The notes under the pieces: model-generated
The model's database searches: none
The model's input: the letters and a program-made list of their open reading frames with translations, nothing else
What the model was told of the DNA's origin: nothing
Assembly (NCBI RefSeq): GCF_004353825.1
Contig: NZ_SMNA01000006.1
Coordinates: forward strand, 124,001 to 188,000
Reading direction: 5' to 3'
Length of the DNA: 64,000 bases
From: Occultella glacieicola
GTDB lineage: Bacteria; Actinomycetota; Actinomycetes; Actinomycetales; Beutenbergiaceae
Translations under genes and position numbers: made by a program
Shown: one piece after another, positions 45,743 to 56,233 of the stretch
Layout of the letters: every line of letters begins with the position of its first letter
Numbering within the stretch: position 1 is the first letter of the stretch

Positions 45743-48262
45743 TCAGGCTCTGCGCGCGGTGCCGCGATGCGCGGTCGCGGTGCGTGGGTCCTCGGGCCAG
45801 GCGTGCTTGGGGTAGCGGCCCCGCAGGTCCGCGCGCACCTGCGGGTAGCCCGTCTCCCAGAAGGACTCCAGGTCACCGGTGACGGCCGCCGGGCGTCCGG
45901 CCGGTGAGAGCAGCTGCACCACCAGCCCGCTCCGGCCGCGGGCCAGGCGGGGCGGGTGCCAGCCGAACGTCTCCTGCAGCTTGACCGCGACGACCGGCCG
46001 CTCGGCCGAGTAGTCGACCCGGATCGAGGAGCCGCTCGGGACCCGGACCCGCTCCGGCGCCCACTCCTCCAGGTGGGTCGCCTCCGGCCACGGGAGAAGT
46101 CGGCGCAGGGCGGCGAGGGTGTCGATCCGGGACAGCCCGGCGGTGCCCCGGACCCGGTCCAGATCGGGTCCGAGCCAGCGGTCAAGACTCTCGAGCAGCG
46201 CCTGGTCGCCGACATCCGGCCAGGGTTCGCCGAGGGCGACGTGCAGGAACGCCAGCCGGGCGCGCAGGCTCCGGCCCGCGTCCGTCCAGCGCAGCGCGCC
46301 GATCCCATCGGCGGCGATGCCCTCCTGGACGGCGGCGCGCACGAGATCGGGTGGCGGGTCGGGCAGCGTGGCCGAGGAGAGTTCGATCGCGCCGAGCCAC
46401 TCACCCCTGCGGGCGACCACCCGGCCGCGCTCCCAGATCACCCGCTCCCCCGACGCCAGCAGCGCCGGGGCTGCGAGCCGGGCCAGGTCGGCGTCCAGCG
46501 GCGCCGCGGAGCGGATGGTGGCGTCCCGACGGCCCGGCGCCCGGTCCGCGTCCGCCACGGCCAGCCATTCGAGACCGGCCAGTGCGCCCTCGGGGAGGCT
46601 CGCCCCGGTGCCGGACGCCATCAGGTAGGCGCCCGAGGCCGTGCGCCTGCGCGCGATCCGGTCCGGATGGGCCAGCGCCACGACCAGCCCGACCGCGAGG
46701 TCGTCCCCGAGGGCGAGATCGCCGCGGCCCGCGTGCCCGCCGGTGTCGCCCGCCTGACGGGCGAACCGACCCGCCTGGTCCTGCCAGGCGCGGGTCCCCG
46801 GTCCGCCGCGGCGCACCGACCGCAGGGCCGCGACCAGATCGCCACCCGGGGCCCTGATGTCCTCGCCGAGGAGAGCCACCACCTCGGCCGCCCGCCGGGT
46901 CCCGACCGCCGGCGACGCGTCGAGCAGGGCCCGGGCCAGGCGCGGGTCGGCACCGACGGCGGCGATGGCTCGCCCGCGGCCGGTCAGCGCCCCGTCGGGG
47001 TCCAACGCGCCGAGACCGGAGAGCGTCTTCCGCGCGGCCGCCAGCGCGGTCGGCGGTGGTGGGTCCAGGAGTGCCAGTCCGGCGCCGTCGGGGCTGCCCC
47101 AGCACGCGAGTTCGAGGGCGAACGCGGTCAGGTCGGACGTCTCGATCTCCGGTACCGGGTGGGCGTCGAGACGGGCATGGTCGCCCTGCGACCAGCATCG
47201 GTGCACGGCTCCGGGACCCTCCCGCCCAGCCCGGCCCGCCCGCTGCTCGGTCTCCGCCCGGCTGGCCCAGGTGGTCACCAGACCGGCGAGCCCGCGGCGG
47301 TGGTCGGTCCGTGGCCGCCGCGCGAAGCCGGCGTCGACGACGACCCGAACGCCGGGAACCGTCAGCGAGGACTCGGCCACCGCCGTCGACACCACGACCC
47401 GGCGCCGCGGGCCCGGCGTGAGCGCGAGGTCCTGCTGCTGCGCGGGCAGGCGTCCGTGCAGCGGGCGGATGTCGACGTCGGCTCCGACGGCGGACGTCAG
47501 GGACCGGCACACGGCGTCGACCTCGTAGGCGCCGGGCAGGAACACCAGCACGTCGCCGTCGTCGTTCGCCAGGGCCTCGCGGGTGGTCGTGGCGACGTGT
47601 TCGAGGTAGGCCCGGGTGACGCCCCGCTCGTCGGTGCGGGCCACCCGGGTGGGCGGTGGGTGCCAGTGCTCGACCACGGGGTGCAGCGTGCCGGGTACGG
47701 TGACGACCGGTGCGGCGTCGCCGGCCCCGAGCACCTGCGCCGTGCGCTCGGCGGCGACGGTCGCGGACATCGCCAGCACGGGGAGGTCCTCGCGCAGGTT
47801 CGCGCGGACGTCGACGCACAACGCCAGGGTCAGGTCGGCGTCGAGCTGGCGTTCGTGGACCTCGTCCAGGATCACGGCGCCGACGCCCGGCAGGTCCGGG
47901 TCGGCCTGCAGGCGGCGCAGCAGCAGGCCGGTGGTGACGAACTCGATGCGGGTGCCCGGGGCGACCCGGCGCTCACCCCGGACGCTGTAGCCGACGGTGC
48001 GCCCGACCCCTTCGCCGAGGAGCCCGGCGAGGCGCCGTGCGGCAGCACGGGCGGCGATCCGGCGGGGCTGGGTGACCACGATCCGGCCGGGAAGCTCGGC
48101 GGCCAGCGCCGGCGGGACCAACGTCGTCTTCCCGGTGCCGGGCGGCGCCTGCACCACGGCGACGCCTCGGCCGAGGGCTGCGGCGACCACCTCGGGCAGT
48201 CCGGCCACGACCGGGTAGTCCGGGGGTGCGGCCAGCAGCCGGGCGATCGGGTCGGTGGGCAC
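45743..48262 (-). CDS. hrpB: ATP-dependent helicase HrpB
   Basis: APPGTGKTT, QPRRIAAR, DEVH, MSAT, QRAGRAGR, C-terminal KLQE.FG..SPAGRP..RYPKH.WP. Confidence 0.95.
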   Translation of the reverse strand: MPTDPIARLLAAPPDYPVVAGLPEVVAAALGRGVAVVQAPPGTGKTTLVPPALAAELPGRIVVTQPRRIAARAAARRLAGLLGEGVGRTVGYSVRGERRVAPGTRIEFVTTGLLLRRLQADPDLPGVGAVILDEVHERQLDADLTLALCVDVRANLREDLPVLAMSATVAAERTAQVLGAGDAAPVVTVPGTLHPVVEHWHPPPTRVARTDERGVTRAYLEHVATTTREALANDDGDVLVFLPGAYEVDAVCRSLTSAVGADVDIRPLHGRLPAQQQDLALTPGPRRRVVVSTAVAESSLTVPGVRVVVDAGFARRPRTDHRRGLAGLVTTWASRAETEQRAGRAGREGPGAVHRCWSQGDHARLDAHPVPEIETSDLTAFALELACWGSPDGAGLALLDPPPPTALAAARKTLSGLGALDPDGALTGRGRAIAAVGADPRLARALLDASPAVGTRRAAEVVALLGEDIRAPGGDLVAALRSVRRGGPGTRAWQDQAGRFARQAGDTGGHAGRGDLALGDDLAVGLVVALAHPDRIARRRTASGAYLMASGTGASLPEGALAGLEWLAVADADRAPGRRDATIRSAAPLDADLARLAAPALLASGERVIWERGRVVARRGEWLGAIELSSATLPDPPPDLVRAAVQEGIAADGIGALRWTDAGRSLRARLAFLHVALGEPWPDVGDQALLESLDRWLGPDLDRVRGTAGLSRIDTLAALRRLLPWPEATHLEEWAPERVRVPSGSSIRVDYSAERPVVAVKLQETFGWHPPRLARGRSGLVVQLLSPAGRPAAVTGDLESFWETGYPQVRADLRGRYPKHAWPEDPRTATAHRGTARRA

Positions 48263-48309
48263 GTCCTGCAGTCTGCCAGCCACCCGCGCCGCCTGGCGGC
48301 GGCCGGCCG

Positions 48310-51168
48310 TCAGGCGGCGCGAGCGTCCCGGCCCCGCAGCACCAGCTTGCGCACCTCGTCGAACCAGAGGACGGCGGACGCCATCGCGAGGCAGACCAGC
48401 CAGTGCGCCAGGTCGAGCGACGCGGTGCCGAACGCGATCTGCAGGAACGGGACCTCGACGATCGCGAACTGCAGCACGAGCCCCAGGATGATCGCCCCCC
48501 AGAGCCACCGATTCGAGAACGGACGCGAGAACGCACTCGTGGTCTCCGACCGCGAGTTGAACGCGTTGAACAACTGGGCGAGCACCAGGGTGGTGAACCC
48601 CGCCGTCCGCGCCACCTCGAGGGAGTCGCTTCCGGCGACCAGCCCCCCGGGCAGGAAGATGTCGATCGTGAGCAGGGTGATCAGTCCCATCACGAGCCCG
48701 ATGCTGAGGATGCCGAGCCACATCCGCCGGTCGATGATCCGCTCGCTGAGCGGCCGGGGTCGCCGGGCCATGACGTCGTCCACCTCGGGATCCACGCCCA
48801 TCGCCAGGGCCGGCCCGGAGTCCGTGACCAGGTTGATCCACAGGATCTGGGTCGCGAGCAGCGGCACCACGACGGCGTCGGACGAGGCGTCCGTGAGGCC
48901 GATGGCCCCCGCGAACACCACCCCGAGGAACACGGTGGCGACCTCGCCCATGTTCGAGGAGAGCAGGTAGCGCAGGAACTTCTTGATGTTCTCGAAGATG
49001 ATCCGGCCCTGTCGCACCGCGGAGACGATCGTGGCGAAGTTGTCGTCAGCGAGGATCATCTTGCTCGCCTCCTTGGTGACCTCCGTCCCGGTGATGCCCA
49101 TGGCGACGCCGATGTCCGCGGACTTCAGGGCCGGTGCGTCGTTGACGCCGTCACCGGTCATGGCGACGACCTGACCGTCGGCCTGGAGCGCGTCCACGAT
49201 GTCGTTCTTGTTCTTCGGGGCGACGCGCGCGTACACGCTGACCTCACGGACGACGTCCCGCAGTCCGCCCCCGTCGAGCCCGTCCAGTTCGGTACCGGTG
49301 ACGGCCCGCGCGCCCTCGCCCACGATGCCGAGGTCCTGGGCGATCCGCGCTGCCGTGCTCGGGTGGTCGCCGGTGATCATGATCGTCCTGATGCCGGCAC
49401 GGTGGGCCTCGGCCACCGCGACCGCCGCCTCGGGACGGGGCGGGTCGATGATGCCCACGACCCCGAGGTAGATCAGGTCCCGTTCGTCGCTCTCGTCCAG
49501 GACATCGTCATCCAGCTCGTCGAACCTGCGGTAGGCGACGCCGAGCGTGCGCAGGGCGGCTGCCGAGAGCTCCTCGACGTCGGCCAGGGCCTGGGCCCGG
49601 CGCTGCGCCGTGAGCTCGATGACCTCCGTGCCCACCTGGACCCGGTCGCACAGTCCCAGGAGTACGTCCGGTGCCCCCTTGGTGACGATGCCGTGGGCGT
49701 CCTCGGAGGGCCGGAAGTGCTGGGTGCTCATCCGTTTGCGTTCGGACGTGAAGGGCACCTCGGCCTCACGCCGGAACTCGGCGATCACCTCCCTGGTGCC
49801 CGGGAGCTTGTGGGCCGCCACGAGGAACGCGGCCTCGGTGGGGTCGCCGTGGATCTGCCAGGTGCCGTCGGTCTCGCGCAACTGGGCGTCGTTCGCCAGC
49901 GACCCGCCACCGAGCACCATCCGCGCCTCGTGGAGCAGCGCGGCGTCGGTGACCGGCAGCCCCCCGGTGAGCGCCTCGCCGTCGGGCACGTAGCCGACGC
50001 CGGTGAGTTCGACCCGGCCCGAGGCGGTGACGACCCGCTCGATGGTCATCTCGTTCTTCGTGAGCGTGCCGGTCTTGTCCGAGGCGATCACCGAAGCGGA
50101 CCCGAGCGTCTCGACCGAGTGCAGCCGCTTCACGACGGCGTTCTGACGGGCCATCCGCTGGACCCCGATGGCCAGCACCACCGACAGGATCGCGGGCAGG
50201 CCTTCGGGCACGGCGGCGACCGCCAGGGAGACTCCGAGCAGGAGCACGGTCACGAACTCGGTGGGGGTGCTGACCTGGTTCACAAGTGCGGTGACCACCA
50301 TGACCACGACCGCGATGACGATGACGGTGATGCCGAGCAGACGGGAGACGCCGGCCAGATCCTTCTCGAGCGGGCTGGCCTCCTCGACCGTCGCGTCGAG
50401 CATCTCGGCGATGGAGCCCATCTCCGTGCCCATCGCCGTCCCGGTGACCACGGCTCGGCCGGTCCCCTGGGCGATGGCGGTGCCCTTGAACACCATGTTG
50501 AGACGATCGCCGAGCGGCGCGGGCTCGTCGAGGGCGGCGGCGTCCTTCAGGACCGCCTCGCTCTCCCCGGTCAGCGACGCCTCCGCGACCCGCAGGGCGC
50601 TCGTCCGGAGCAGCCGGGCGTCGGCGCCGACGGCATCGCCCTCACCGAGCACGAGGATGTCACCACGGACCAGTTCGCTCGCGGGCACGGCGCGCAGCTC
50701 GCCATCCCGGAGCACGGTCGACGACGCGGCGGTCATCCGGGCCAGCGCCGCGACGGCGTTCTCGGCCTTGTTCTCCTGGACGAACCCGAGCACCGCGTTC
50801 AGCAGAACCACCGCGGTGATCACGATGGCGTCGATCGGAAGTCCGTGCCCGCCCTCCACCGTCCACGCGGCCAGGGAGATCACCACCGCGACCAGCAGCA
50901 GGTAGATCAGCGGGTCCTGGAACTGGGCCAGGATCTTGCGCCACAGCGGGACCGGCGGCGCCGACCGCAGTTCGTTGGGGCCGTCGGTCACCAGCCGGCG
51001 GGCGGCCTCGGCCGTGCCCAGCCCGGCGTCGGGATCCACGCCAAGATCCGCGGCTACCTGCGCGGCGTCGGTGATCGTCGGGTCCGGCCCCGACGTCGGT
51101 GGACCCGGATCGCCGGTGGTCCGGTCCTTGACATCCCTGGCATCCTGACTCGGCCCTACCGCCTCCAT
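48310..51168 (-). CDS. Cation-translocating P-type ATPase (type IIA, Ca2+-like)
   Basis: LTGES, VPEGLP, DKTGTLT, KGAP, TGD, GDGVND, QILWINLVTD. Confidence 0.95.
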   Translation of the reverse strand: MEAVGPSQDARDVKDRTTGDPGPPTSGPDPTITDAAQVAADLGVDPDAGLGTAEAARRLVTDGPNELRSAPPVPLWRKILAQFQDPLIYLLLVAVVISLAAWTVEGGHGLPIDAIVITAVVLLNAVLGFVQENKAENAVAALARMTAASSTVLRDGELRAVPASELVRGDILVLGEGDAVGADARLLRTSALRVAEASLTGESEAVLKDAAALDEPAPLGDRLNMVFKGTAIAQGTGRAVVTGTAMGTEMGSIAEMLDATVEEASPLEKDLAGVSRLLGITVIVIAVVVMVVTALVNQVSTPTEFVTVLLLGVSLAVAAVPEGLPAILSVVLAIGVQRMARQNAVVKRLHSVETLGSASVIASDKTGTLTKNEMTIERVVTASGRVELTGVGYVPDGEALTGGLPVTDAALLHEARMVLGGGSLANDAQLRETDGTWQIHGDPTEAAFLVAAHKLPGTREVIAEFRREAEVPFTSERKRMSTQHFRPSEDAHGIVTKGAPDVLLGLCDRVQVGTEVIELTAQRRAQALADVEELSAAALRTLGVAYRRFDELDDDVLDESDERDLIYLGVVGIIDPPRPEAAVAVAEAHRAGIRTIMITGDHPSTAARIAQDLGIVGEGARAVTGTELDGLDGGGLRDVVREVSVYARVAPKNKNDIVDALQADGQVVAMTGDGVNDAPALKSADIGVAMGITGTEVTKEASKMILADDNFATIVSAVRQGRIIFENIKKFLRYLLSSNMGEVATVFLGVVFAGAIGLTDASSDAVVVPLLATQILWINLVTDSGPALAMGVDPEVDDVMARRPRPLSERIIDRRMWLGILSIGLVMGLITLLTIDIFLPGGLVAGSDSLEVARTAGFTTLVLAQLFNAFNSRSETTSAFSRPFSNRWLWGAIILGLVLQFAIVEVPFLQIAFGTASLDLAHWLVCLAMASAVLWFDEVRKLVLRGRDARAA

Positions 51169-51335
51169 GATGCTCCCCTCACGCCGTGGGTCGTCCCTGT
51201 GCCAGTGTCCCAGCCGTCGCCCGCGGCGCCACGGGACGAACGTCCGAACAGACGTCGAACTCTCGGCCCAGCGGCCGGGCGGACCGCAGGGCGGTCGCAC
51301 ACACCTCGTCCACCCCGAACGGCTAGCGTGTCGGC

Positions 51336-52871
51336 GTGCCCCTGAAGTCCGTCTGGTGGGTGGCGGCCGGGCTGGTCGCCGCCGTCGCCGTCGTCCTTTG
51401 CCTGGTTCGCCTCGCCTCCGGGACCCCGTTGCCGTTGCCGTTGGTGCTGCTGATCGCTCTGGCGGGTGCCTCTCCGGTGCTGGTCGCCGCGGCGGCAGGG
51501 ACCACGCGGCGGCCTCGAGCGCCGGGTGCGGCGGTGTCCGCGCTCGTGGCGGCCGGTGTCCTGCTCGCCGGGGGCGGGCTGCTGGTCGCGTCGACCGACG
51601 GCTTCCTCGCCTTGCGGCTGGCGACCATCGACTGGCGGATCCTGGCCCGGGCGGCCACGGCGACGGCGCCCCTCGGGCTGGTCGGGGTCGGTGCGGCCTG
51701 GGTGGTCGCCGCGGTCGGTCTGGCCCGCCGGCGGCGTGCCTGGATCCGCGCCGCCGCGGGGGTCCTCGCGCTGACGTCCCTGTGGTTCGCCGCCTCCCTG
51801 ACCGCCGCCTCCGTCTGGCGGGTCCGCGCCGGGACGCCTCTGCTCGTCGACGGCGGCGGTATCGCCGTCGCGGTCCCGCTCGCCGTGGCCGGGGTGCTCG
51901 CGCTCGGCGTGCCGTGGGTGGCCGGCGCCCGCGACCCGGGCCGCTGGGCCGAACCACGGCCCCACCCGCACGCCCGCCCGGTCGCGGCAGGGCTCGCCCT
52001 CATCCTCGTGGCCGGTGGTGCCGTGGCGCTCTGGGTCGAGCGGGGCGAGCGGCACGTGCTCGCCGAGGTCTTCCCCGATCCGGCGTTGGCCGCCTGCGTG
52101 GCGGACGCCGTCGGGGCGAGCACCCCCGCGGCGCAGGTCAGCGACGCCGACCTCACCGACGTGCTCTCCCTGGAGTGCCCGGGGCCCGGGACCGGCCCCG
52201 ACACATCCGTGGCGGCGATCGTCGATCTCACCGGTCTGGACCGTCTCAGGGAGCTGTCCAGCCTCGATCTCACCGGAAACACGGTCACCGACCTGACCCC
52301 GCTGACCGGACTGGACCTCTGGGGCGTCGTGATCACCGACAACCCGGTCAGCGACCTCACCCCGCTCCAGGGGATGGCGACCCTGACGAACCTCGGCGCG
52401 AGCGGCACCCGGGTGGTCGACCTCACGCCCCTGGCCGGGCAGGCTACCCTCGCCTACCTCGGACTGCGCGGTACCGGAATCAGCGACCTCCGCCCGCTCG
52501 CGTCGATGGGGAACCTGAACGAGGTGGACCTCGGCGACAACGCGATCACCGACGTCGCGCCGCTCGCCGAACACCCCTATCTCACCAGCCTGGACCTCGC
52601 CGGGAACGACGTCGCCGACCTCGGCCCGCTCGGGCCGCTCCCGCAGTTGTGGACCCTGGAGCTCTCCGGGAACCGGATCACGGACCTGTCCTCGGTGCCG
52701 GCGTTCCCGGTGCTGTCCGAGCTGTGGCTGGGCGAGAACCCGCTCACCGACGTGACCGCGTTGACCACGCTCCCGGCGCTGACCGGGGTGGACCTGGCCG
52801 GCGCGCCGCCGGGTCTGCCCGGGATCGCCGAACTGCGCGCCACGGGGGTGTACGTCGGCGGGCTCGCCTAG
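51336..52871 (+). CDS. Polytopic membrane protein with internalin-like leucine-rich repeats
   Basis: About 6-7 TM segments, FPDPALAACV cap, then roughly 8-9 22-aa repeats LxxLxLxxNxIxDLxPL. Confidence 0.82.
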   Translation: MPLKSVWWVAAGLVAAVAVVLCLVRLASGTPLPLPLVLLIALAGASPVLVAAAAGTTRRPRAPGAAVSALVAAGVLLAGGGLLVASTDGFLALRLATIDWRILARAATATAPLGLVGVGAAWVVAAVGLARRRRAWIRAAAGVLALTSLWFAASLTAASVWRVRAGTPLLVDGGGIAVAVPLAVAGVLALGVPWVAGARDPGRWAEPRPHPHARPVAAGLALILVAGGAVALWVERGERHVLAEVFPDPALAACVADAVGASTPAAQVSDADLTDVLSLECPGPGTGPDTSVAAIVDLTGLDRLRELSSLDLTGNTVTDLTPLTGLDLWGVVITDNPVSDLTPLQGMATLTNLGASGTRVVDLTPLAGQATLAYLGLRGTGISDLRPLASMGNLNEVDLGDNAITDVAPLAEHPYLTSLDLAGNDVADLGPLGPLPQLWTLELSGNRITDLSSVPAFPVLSELWLGENPLTDVTALTTLPALTGVDLAGAPPGLPGIAELRATGVYVGGLA

Positions 52872-52904
52872 GCCGGGCCGGCCGGCCGTAGGCTTGACCT
52901 TCTG

Positions 52905-54056
52905 ATGCAGTGCTCCTACTTCGACGCCGGCCGGTGCCGTTCGTGCACCCTGATGGGACACGCCTACGCCACCCAGCTCGCTGGCAAACAGGCGCACTGC
53001 CAGGAGGTCCTCGCCGACTTCCCGATGGCCTGGTCCGAGCCCGTCACCAGCCCCGAGTCCGGGTTCCGGAACAAGGCGAAGATGGTGGTCGGCGGGAACG
53101 TGGCGGCGCCGACCCTCGGCATTCTGGACCGCGCCGGGCACGGGGTGGACCTGTCCGACTGTGGCCTCTACCCACCCGAGCTGTCCGCGACGTTCGCGCC
53201 GCTGGCCGCGTTCATCACCCGCGCCGGGCTCGAGCCGTACGACGTGCCCGGGCGGCGAGGTCAGCTGAAGTACGTGATCGTCACCGTCTCGCCCGACGGC
53301 GAACTCATGGTCCGGTTCGTCGTCCGGACCGCTGAGGTGCTCGGGCGCATCCGCGCCGGGCTCGGCTGGCTCCGGGAGCAGCTGCCGTCGCTCGCGGTGC
53401 TCTCGGCGAACATCCACCCCGAGCACAAGGCGGTCCTCGAGGGCGCCGAGGAGATCATCCTGACCGACCGGGATACCCTGCCGATGGTCGTCAACCGGAC
53501 CGTGCTGCACCTGCGCCCCCGTAGCTTCTTCCAGACGAACACGGTCGTGGCCGCCGCGCTGTACCGCCAGGCCACACAGTGGCTCGACGAGATCGCACCG
53601 GCGACGGTCTGGGACCTCTACTGCGGCGTCGGCGGTTTCGCGCTGCACGCGGCCGGTCCGGGCCGCTCGGTACTGGGCGTGGAGACGTCGGCGGAGGCGA
53701 TCGACGGCGCACGGCGCAGCGCCACCGAGCTGGGACTGTCCGGGGTGCGGTTCGAGGTCGGTGATGCCGGCGCGTTCGCGGTCGGCGGGCACCCTGCCGG
53801 ACTCGCCGGCCCGGCTGCGGCGCAGGCACCGGACCTGGTGATCGTGAACCCGCCGCGCCGGGGCATCGGGCCCGAATTGGCGGGCTGGCTGGAGTCCTCG
53901 GAGGTTCGCAGCGTCCTGTACTCGAGCTGTCGCGCCGAGTCGCTCGCGCGGGACCTGGCCGCGATGCCCTCGTTGCTTCCGCGCCGGGCTCGAGTGCTCG
54001 ACATGTTCCCGCAGACCGATCACTACGAGGTCCTCGTCGAACTCCGGCGGGCCTGA
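52905..54056 (+). CDS. rlmC: 23S rRNA (uracil-747-C5)-methyltransferase
   Basis: MQC.YF.AG.CRSC Fe-S motif, FRNKAKMVV, SFFQTN, DLYCGVG, VNPPRRG, DMFPQT.HYE. Confidence 0.92.
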   Translation: MQCSYFDAGRCRSCTLMGHAYATQLAGKQAHCQEVLADFPMAWSEPVTSPESGFRNKAKMVVGGNVAAPTLGILDRAGHGVDLSDCGLYPPELSATFAPLAAFITRAGLEPYDVPGRRGQLKYVIVTVSPDGELMVRFVVRTAEVLGRIRAGLGWLREQLPSLAVLSANIHPEHKAVLEGAEEIILTDRDTLPMVVNRTVLHLRPRSFFQTNTVVAAALYRQATQWLDEIAPATVWDLYCGVGGFALHAAGPGRSVLGVETSAEAIDGARRSATELGLSGVRFEVGDAGAFAVGGHPAGLAGPAAAQAPDLVIVNPPRRGIGPELAGWLESSEVRSVLYSSCRAESLARDLAAMPSLLPRRARVLDMFPQTDHYEVLVELRRA

Positions 54057-54104
54057 GACCCGACCGAGCGGACGGGGCATCGGTCCCTTTGACATGATGC
54101 ACGC

Positions 54105-55331
54105 GTGAGCACCGCGAAGTCCCCACGGACCTCGCCCGCCGAGCCGCGGCCGTCGGGCACCGGACGCACGCCGACCACCGGGCCGCCGGTCCCCACCACG
54201 AGCGAGCCGACGCCGTCGGGAGCCGTTCCGGACCACGAACGCTACGTGCGTGGCGAGACGGAGGCGTTGGTCGCGGCGGCCACCGCCGCCGTGCTCGCGG
54301 CGGGCGTGGGGCTGATCGTGTTCCGTGGCAGCGCGACGCCCCTCTGGGGCGAGTCCTCGATCGGGCTGGTCGCGCTGGCCGTGACCCTGGTGGTCGCCGC
54401 GGTCGCGGGGGGCGTCGGCTATCTGCGCTCCTGGAGCCTGCCCGGCCGCCAGTGGCGGCGCTCCCTGCGCCCGTGGCTGAAGGCCCTCGACGTGCTCGGC
54501 GTGGTCCTGGTGCACACCGCGCTCGGTGGGCTGCTCACCCTCGGGGCGTTCGCACTGCTGCAGCAGAGTTTCCGTGGGCTCGCGCTCGACCCGTTCCTGG
54601 CGTCCGGTGCCGTCGCGCTCGCCGCCGGCCTGGTCGCCTACTGGGTGTACCTGTCGGTCCAGTCCACCTCCACCGTGCGGCTCGCGAGCCTGCTCGTGGC
54701 CTTCCTGGCGATCGGCACGTTCACGTCGATGGCGACCGCGCAGGATCCCCGCTGGTGGGAGTACCACTTCAGCCAGCTCGGCAGCTTCGGGGACGGCTCG
54801 AGCGGCCTGTTCAACATGACCCTGGCGATCGCCGGGTTGCTCGTGACGAGCTTCGCGCTCTCCCTTCATCGCAACCTCCAGGCGCTGCACCGCGCGGGCG
54901 TGCTCGTGTACGACTTCGCGCCCCGGGTCGTCGCGGCGGCGTTCGTGGTGATGGGGCTGATGCTGTCCTGTGTGGGCATCGTCTCGATCCCCGTGAACGA
55001 GTCGCTGCACAACGTGTTCGCGTGGGGCCTGGTGCTGGCGTTCGGGGTGCTCCTGCTCGGCTCACCGATCCTGCTGCGTGGCCTGCCCGGGCAGTTCTTC
55101 GGGGTGACCGCCGTGATGGTCGCGGTGCTGATCGGGGCCGCGGTGGCCTTCTTCCTCGGCAGGATCGTGTTCACCGCGTTCGAGCTGACGGCGTTCGTGG
55201 TCATCTTCGCCTGGATCATGGTCTTCATCCGGATCGTCGACGCCTCGGCGCGGCCGGGGCAGGATGCCCCCGGCGCGGTCACCGACCAGGGACCGACCTC
55301 GGCCTCGGAGCGAGGTCGCTCCGAGGCCTGA
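54105..55331 (+). CDS. Polytopic membrane protein (DUF998-like C-terminus)
   Basis: About 10 TM helices; WW..HFSQLG..FN, LHN. Confidence 0.75.
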   Translation: MSTAKSPRTSPAEPRPSGTGRTPTTGPPVPTTSEPTPSGAVPDHERYVRGETEALVAAATAAVLAAGVGLIVFRGSATPLWGESSIGLVALAVTLVVAAVAGGVGYLRSWSLPGRQWRRSLRPWLKALDVLGVVLVHTALGGLLTLGAFALLQQSFRGLALDPFLASGAVALAAGLVAYWVYLSVQSTSTVRLASLLVAFLAIGTFTSMATAQDPRWWEYHFSQLGSFGDGSSGLFNMTLAIAGLLVTSFALSLHRNLQALHRAGVLVYDFAPRVVAAAFVVMGLMLSCVGIVSIPVNESLHNVFAWGLVLAFGVLLLGSPILLRGLPGQFFGVTAVMVAVLIGAAVAFFLGRIVFTAFELTAFVVIFAWIMVFIRIVDASARPGQDAPGAVTDQGPTSASERGRSEA

Positions 55332-55362
55332 GACCACGCCCGGGCGCTGCCCGCGGCCGGCG

Positions 55363-56118
55363 CTAGACCGCGGCTCGGGCCGCCGACCAGTCCGCCAGGT
55401 GGGTGGGCGCGAGCTCGGCGTCCTCCGCGGTCGCCGCCAGGGAGGTCTCGCCGAGAGTCGTGCCGAAGTACCGCGCCCCCGGGTCGTCGATCACGTCGCG
55501 GGGGTCGTCCTTCGCGGCCAGGGCGCCGCGGACCAGATCCGCCATCCGGAACCGCTCCGGACCGCCGACCTCGTGCCGCCCGTTCAGGGGTGCGTTCGCG
55601 GCGGTCCGGGCGACCACCGCGGCCACGTCGGCTGCCGCCATCGGCTGGAAGTACGCGGTGGGCAGGCGGACCTCGTTGCCGTCGGTGGCCTCGTCGGTGA
55701 TCCGGGCCAGGAACTCGAAGAACTGGGTGGCCCGGATGATCGAGTAGGGCAGCCCGGAGTCCTCGATGAGGCACTCCTGCGCGACCTTCGCACGCAGGTA
55801 GCCGCTGTCCGGCAGCTCGTCGGCGCCCACGACCGAGAGCGCCACGTAATGACCGACCCCGGCCTCCTTCGCGGCGGCGACGAGGGTGTTCGTGGAAGTG
55901 GTGAAGAAGTCCAGCACGTCCTGGTCGGCGAACGAGGGCGAGTTCGAGACATCGACCACCACGTCCGCCCCGGCGAGTGCCTGCGCCACCCCCTCCCCGG
56001 TGATGGTGTTGACACCGGTGTTCGGGGCGGCCGGTACGGCCTCGTGCCCGTGCTCGGCCAGCCGGGTGACGACCTGTGAGCCGATGAGTCCGGTGCCGCC
56101 GATGACGACGATCTTCAT
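55363..56118 (-). CDS. NmrA/atypical SDR NAD(P)H-binding protein
   Basis: GGTGLIG, YLRAK, RATQFFEF. Confidence 0.92.
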   Translation of the reverse strand: MKIVVIGGTGLIGSQVVTRLAEHGHEAVPAAPNTGVNTITGEGVAQALAGADVVVDVSNSPSFADQDVLDFFTTSTNTLVAAAKEAGVGHYVALSVVGADELPDSGYLRAKVAQECLIEDSGLPYSIIRATQFFEFLARITDEATDGNEVRLPTAYFQPMAAADVAAVVARTAANAPLNGRHEVGGPERFRMADLVRGALAAKDDPRDVIDDPGARYFGTTLGETSLAATAEDAELAPTHLADWSAARAAV

Positions 56119-56173
56119 GATCAGAGCCTTCCTGGGTCCGCCAGGCAGGCTGTCCCACCCGGTCGTCCACTAG

Positions 56174-56200
56174 GACCGGACAGCACCCCGGGCTGTGACA
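56174..56200 (-). promoter_or_regulatory. ECF41 (SigJ-type) promoter
   Basis: Minus strand TGTCACA-N16-GGTC versus the ECF41 consensus TGTCACA-N16-CGTC. Confidence 0.75.
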
Positions 56201-56233
56201 GCCGGGTGGGATCGGCGTCGGCCGGGTCCGTCG

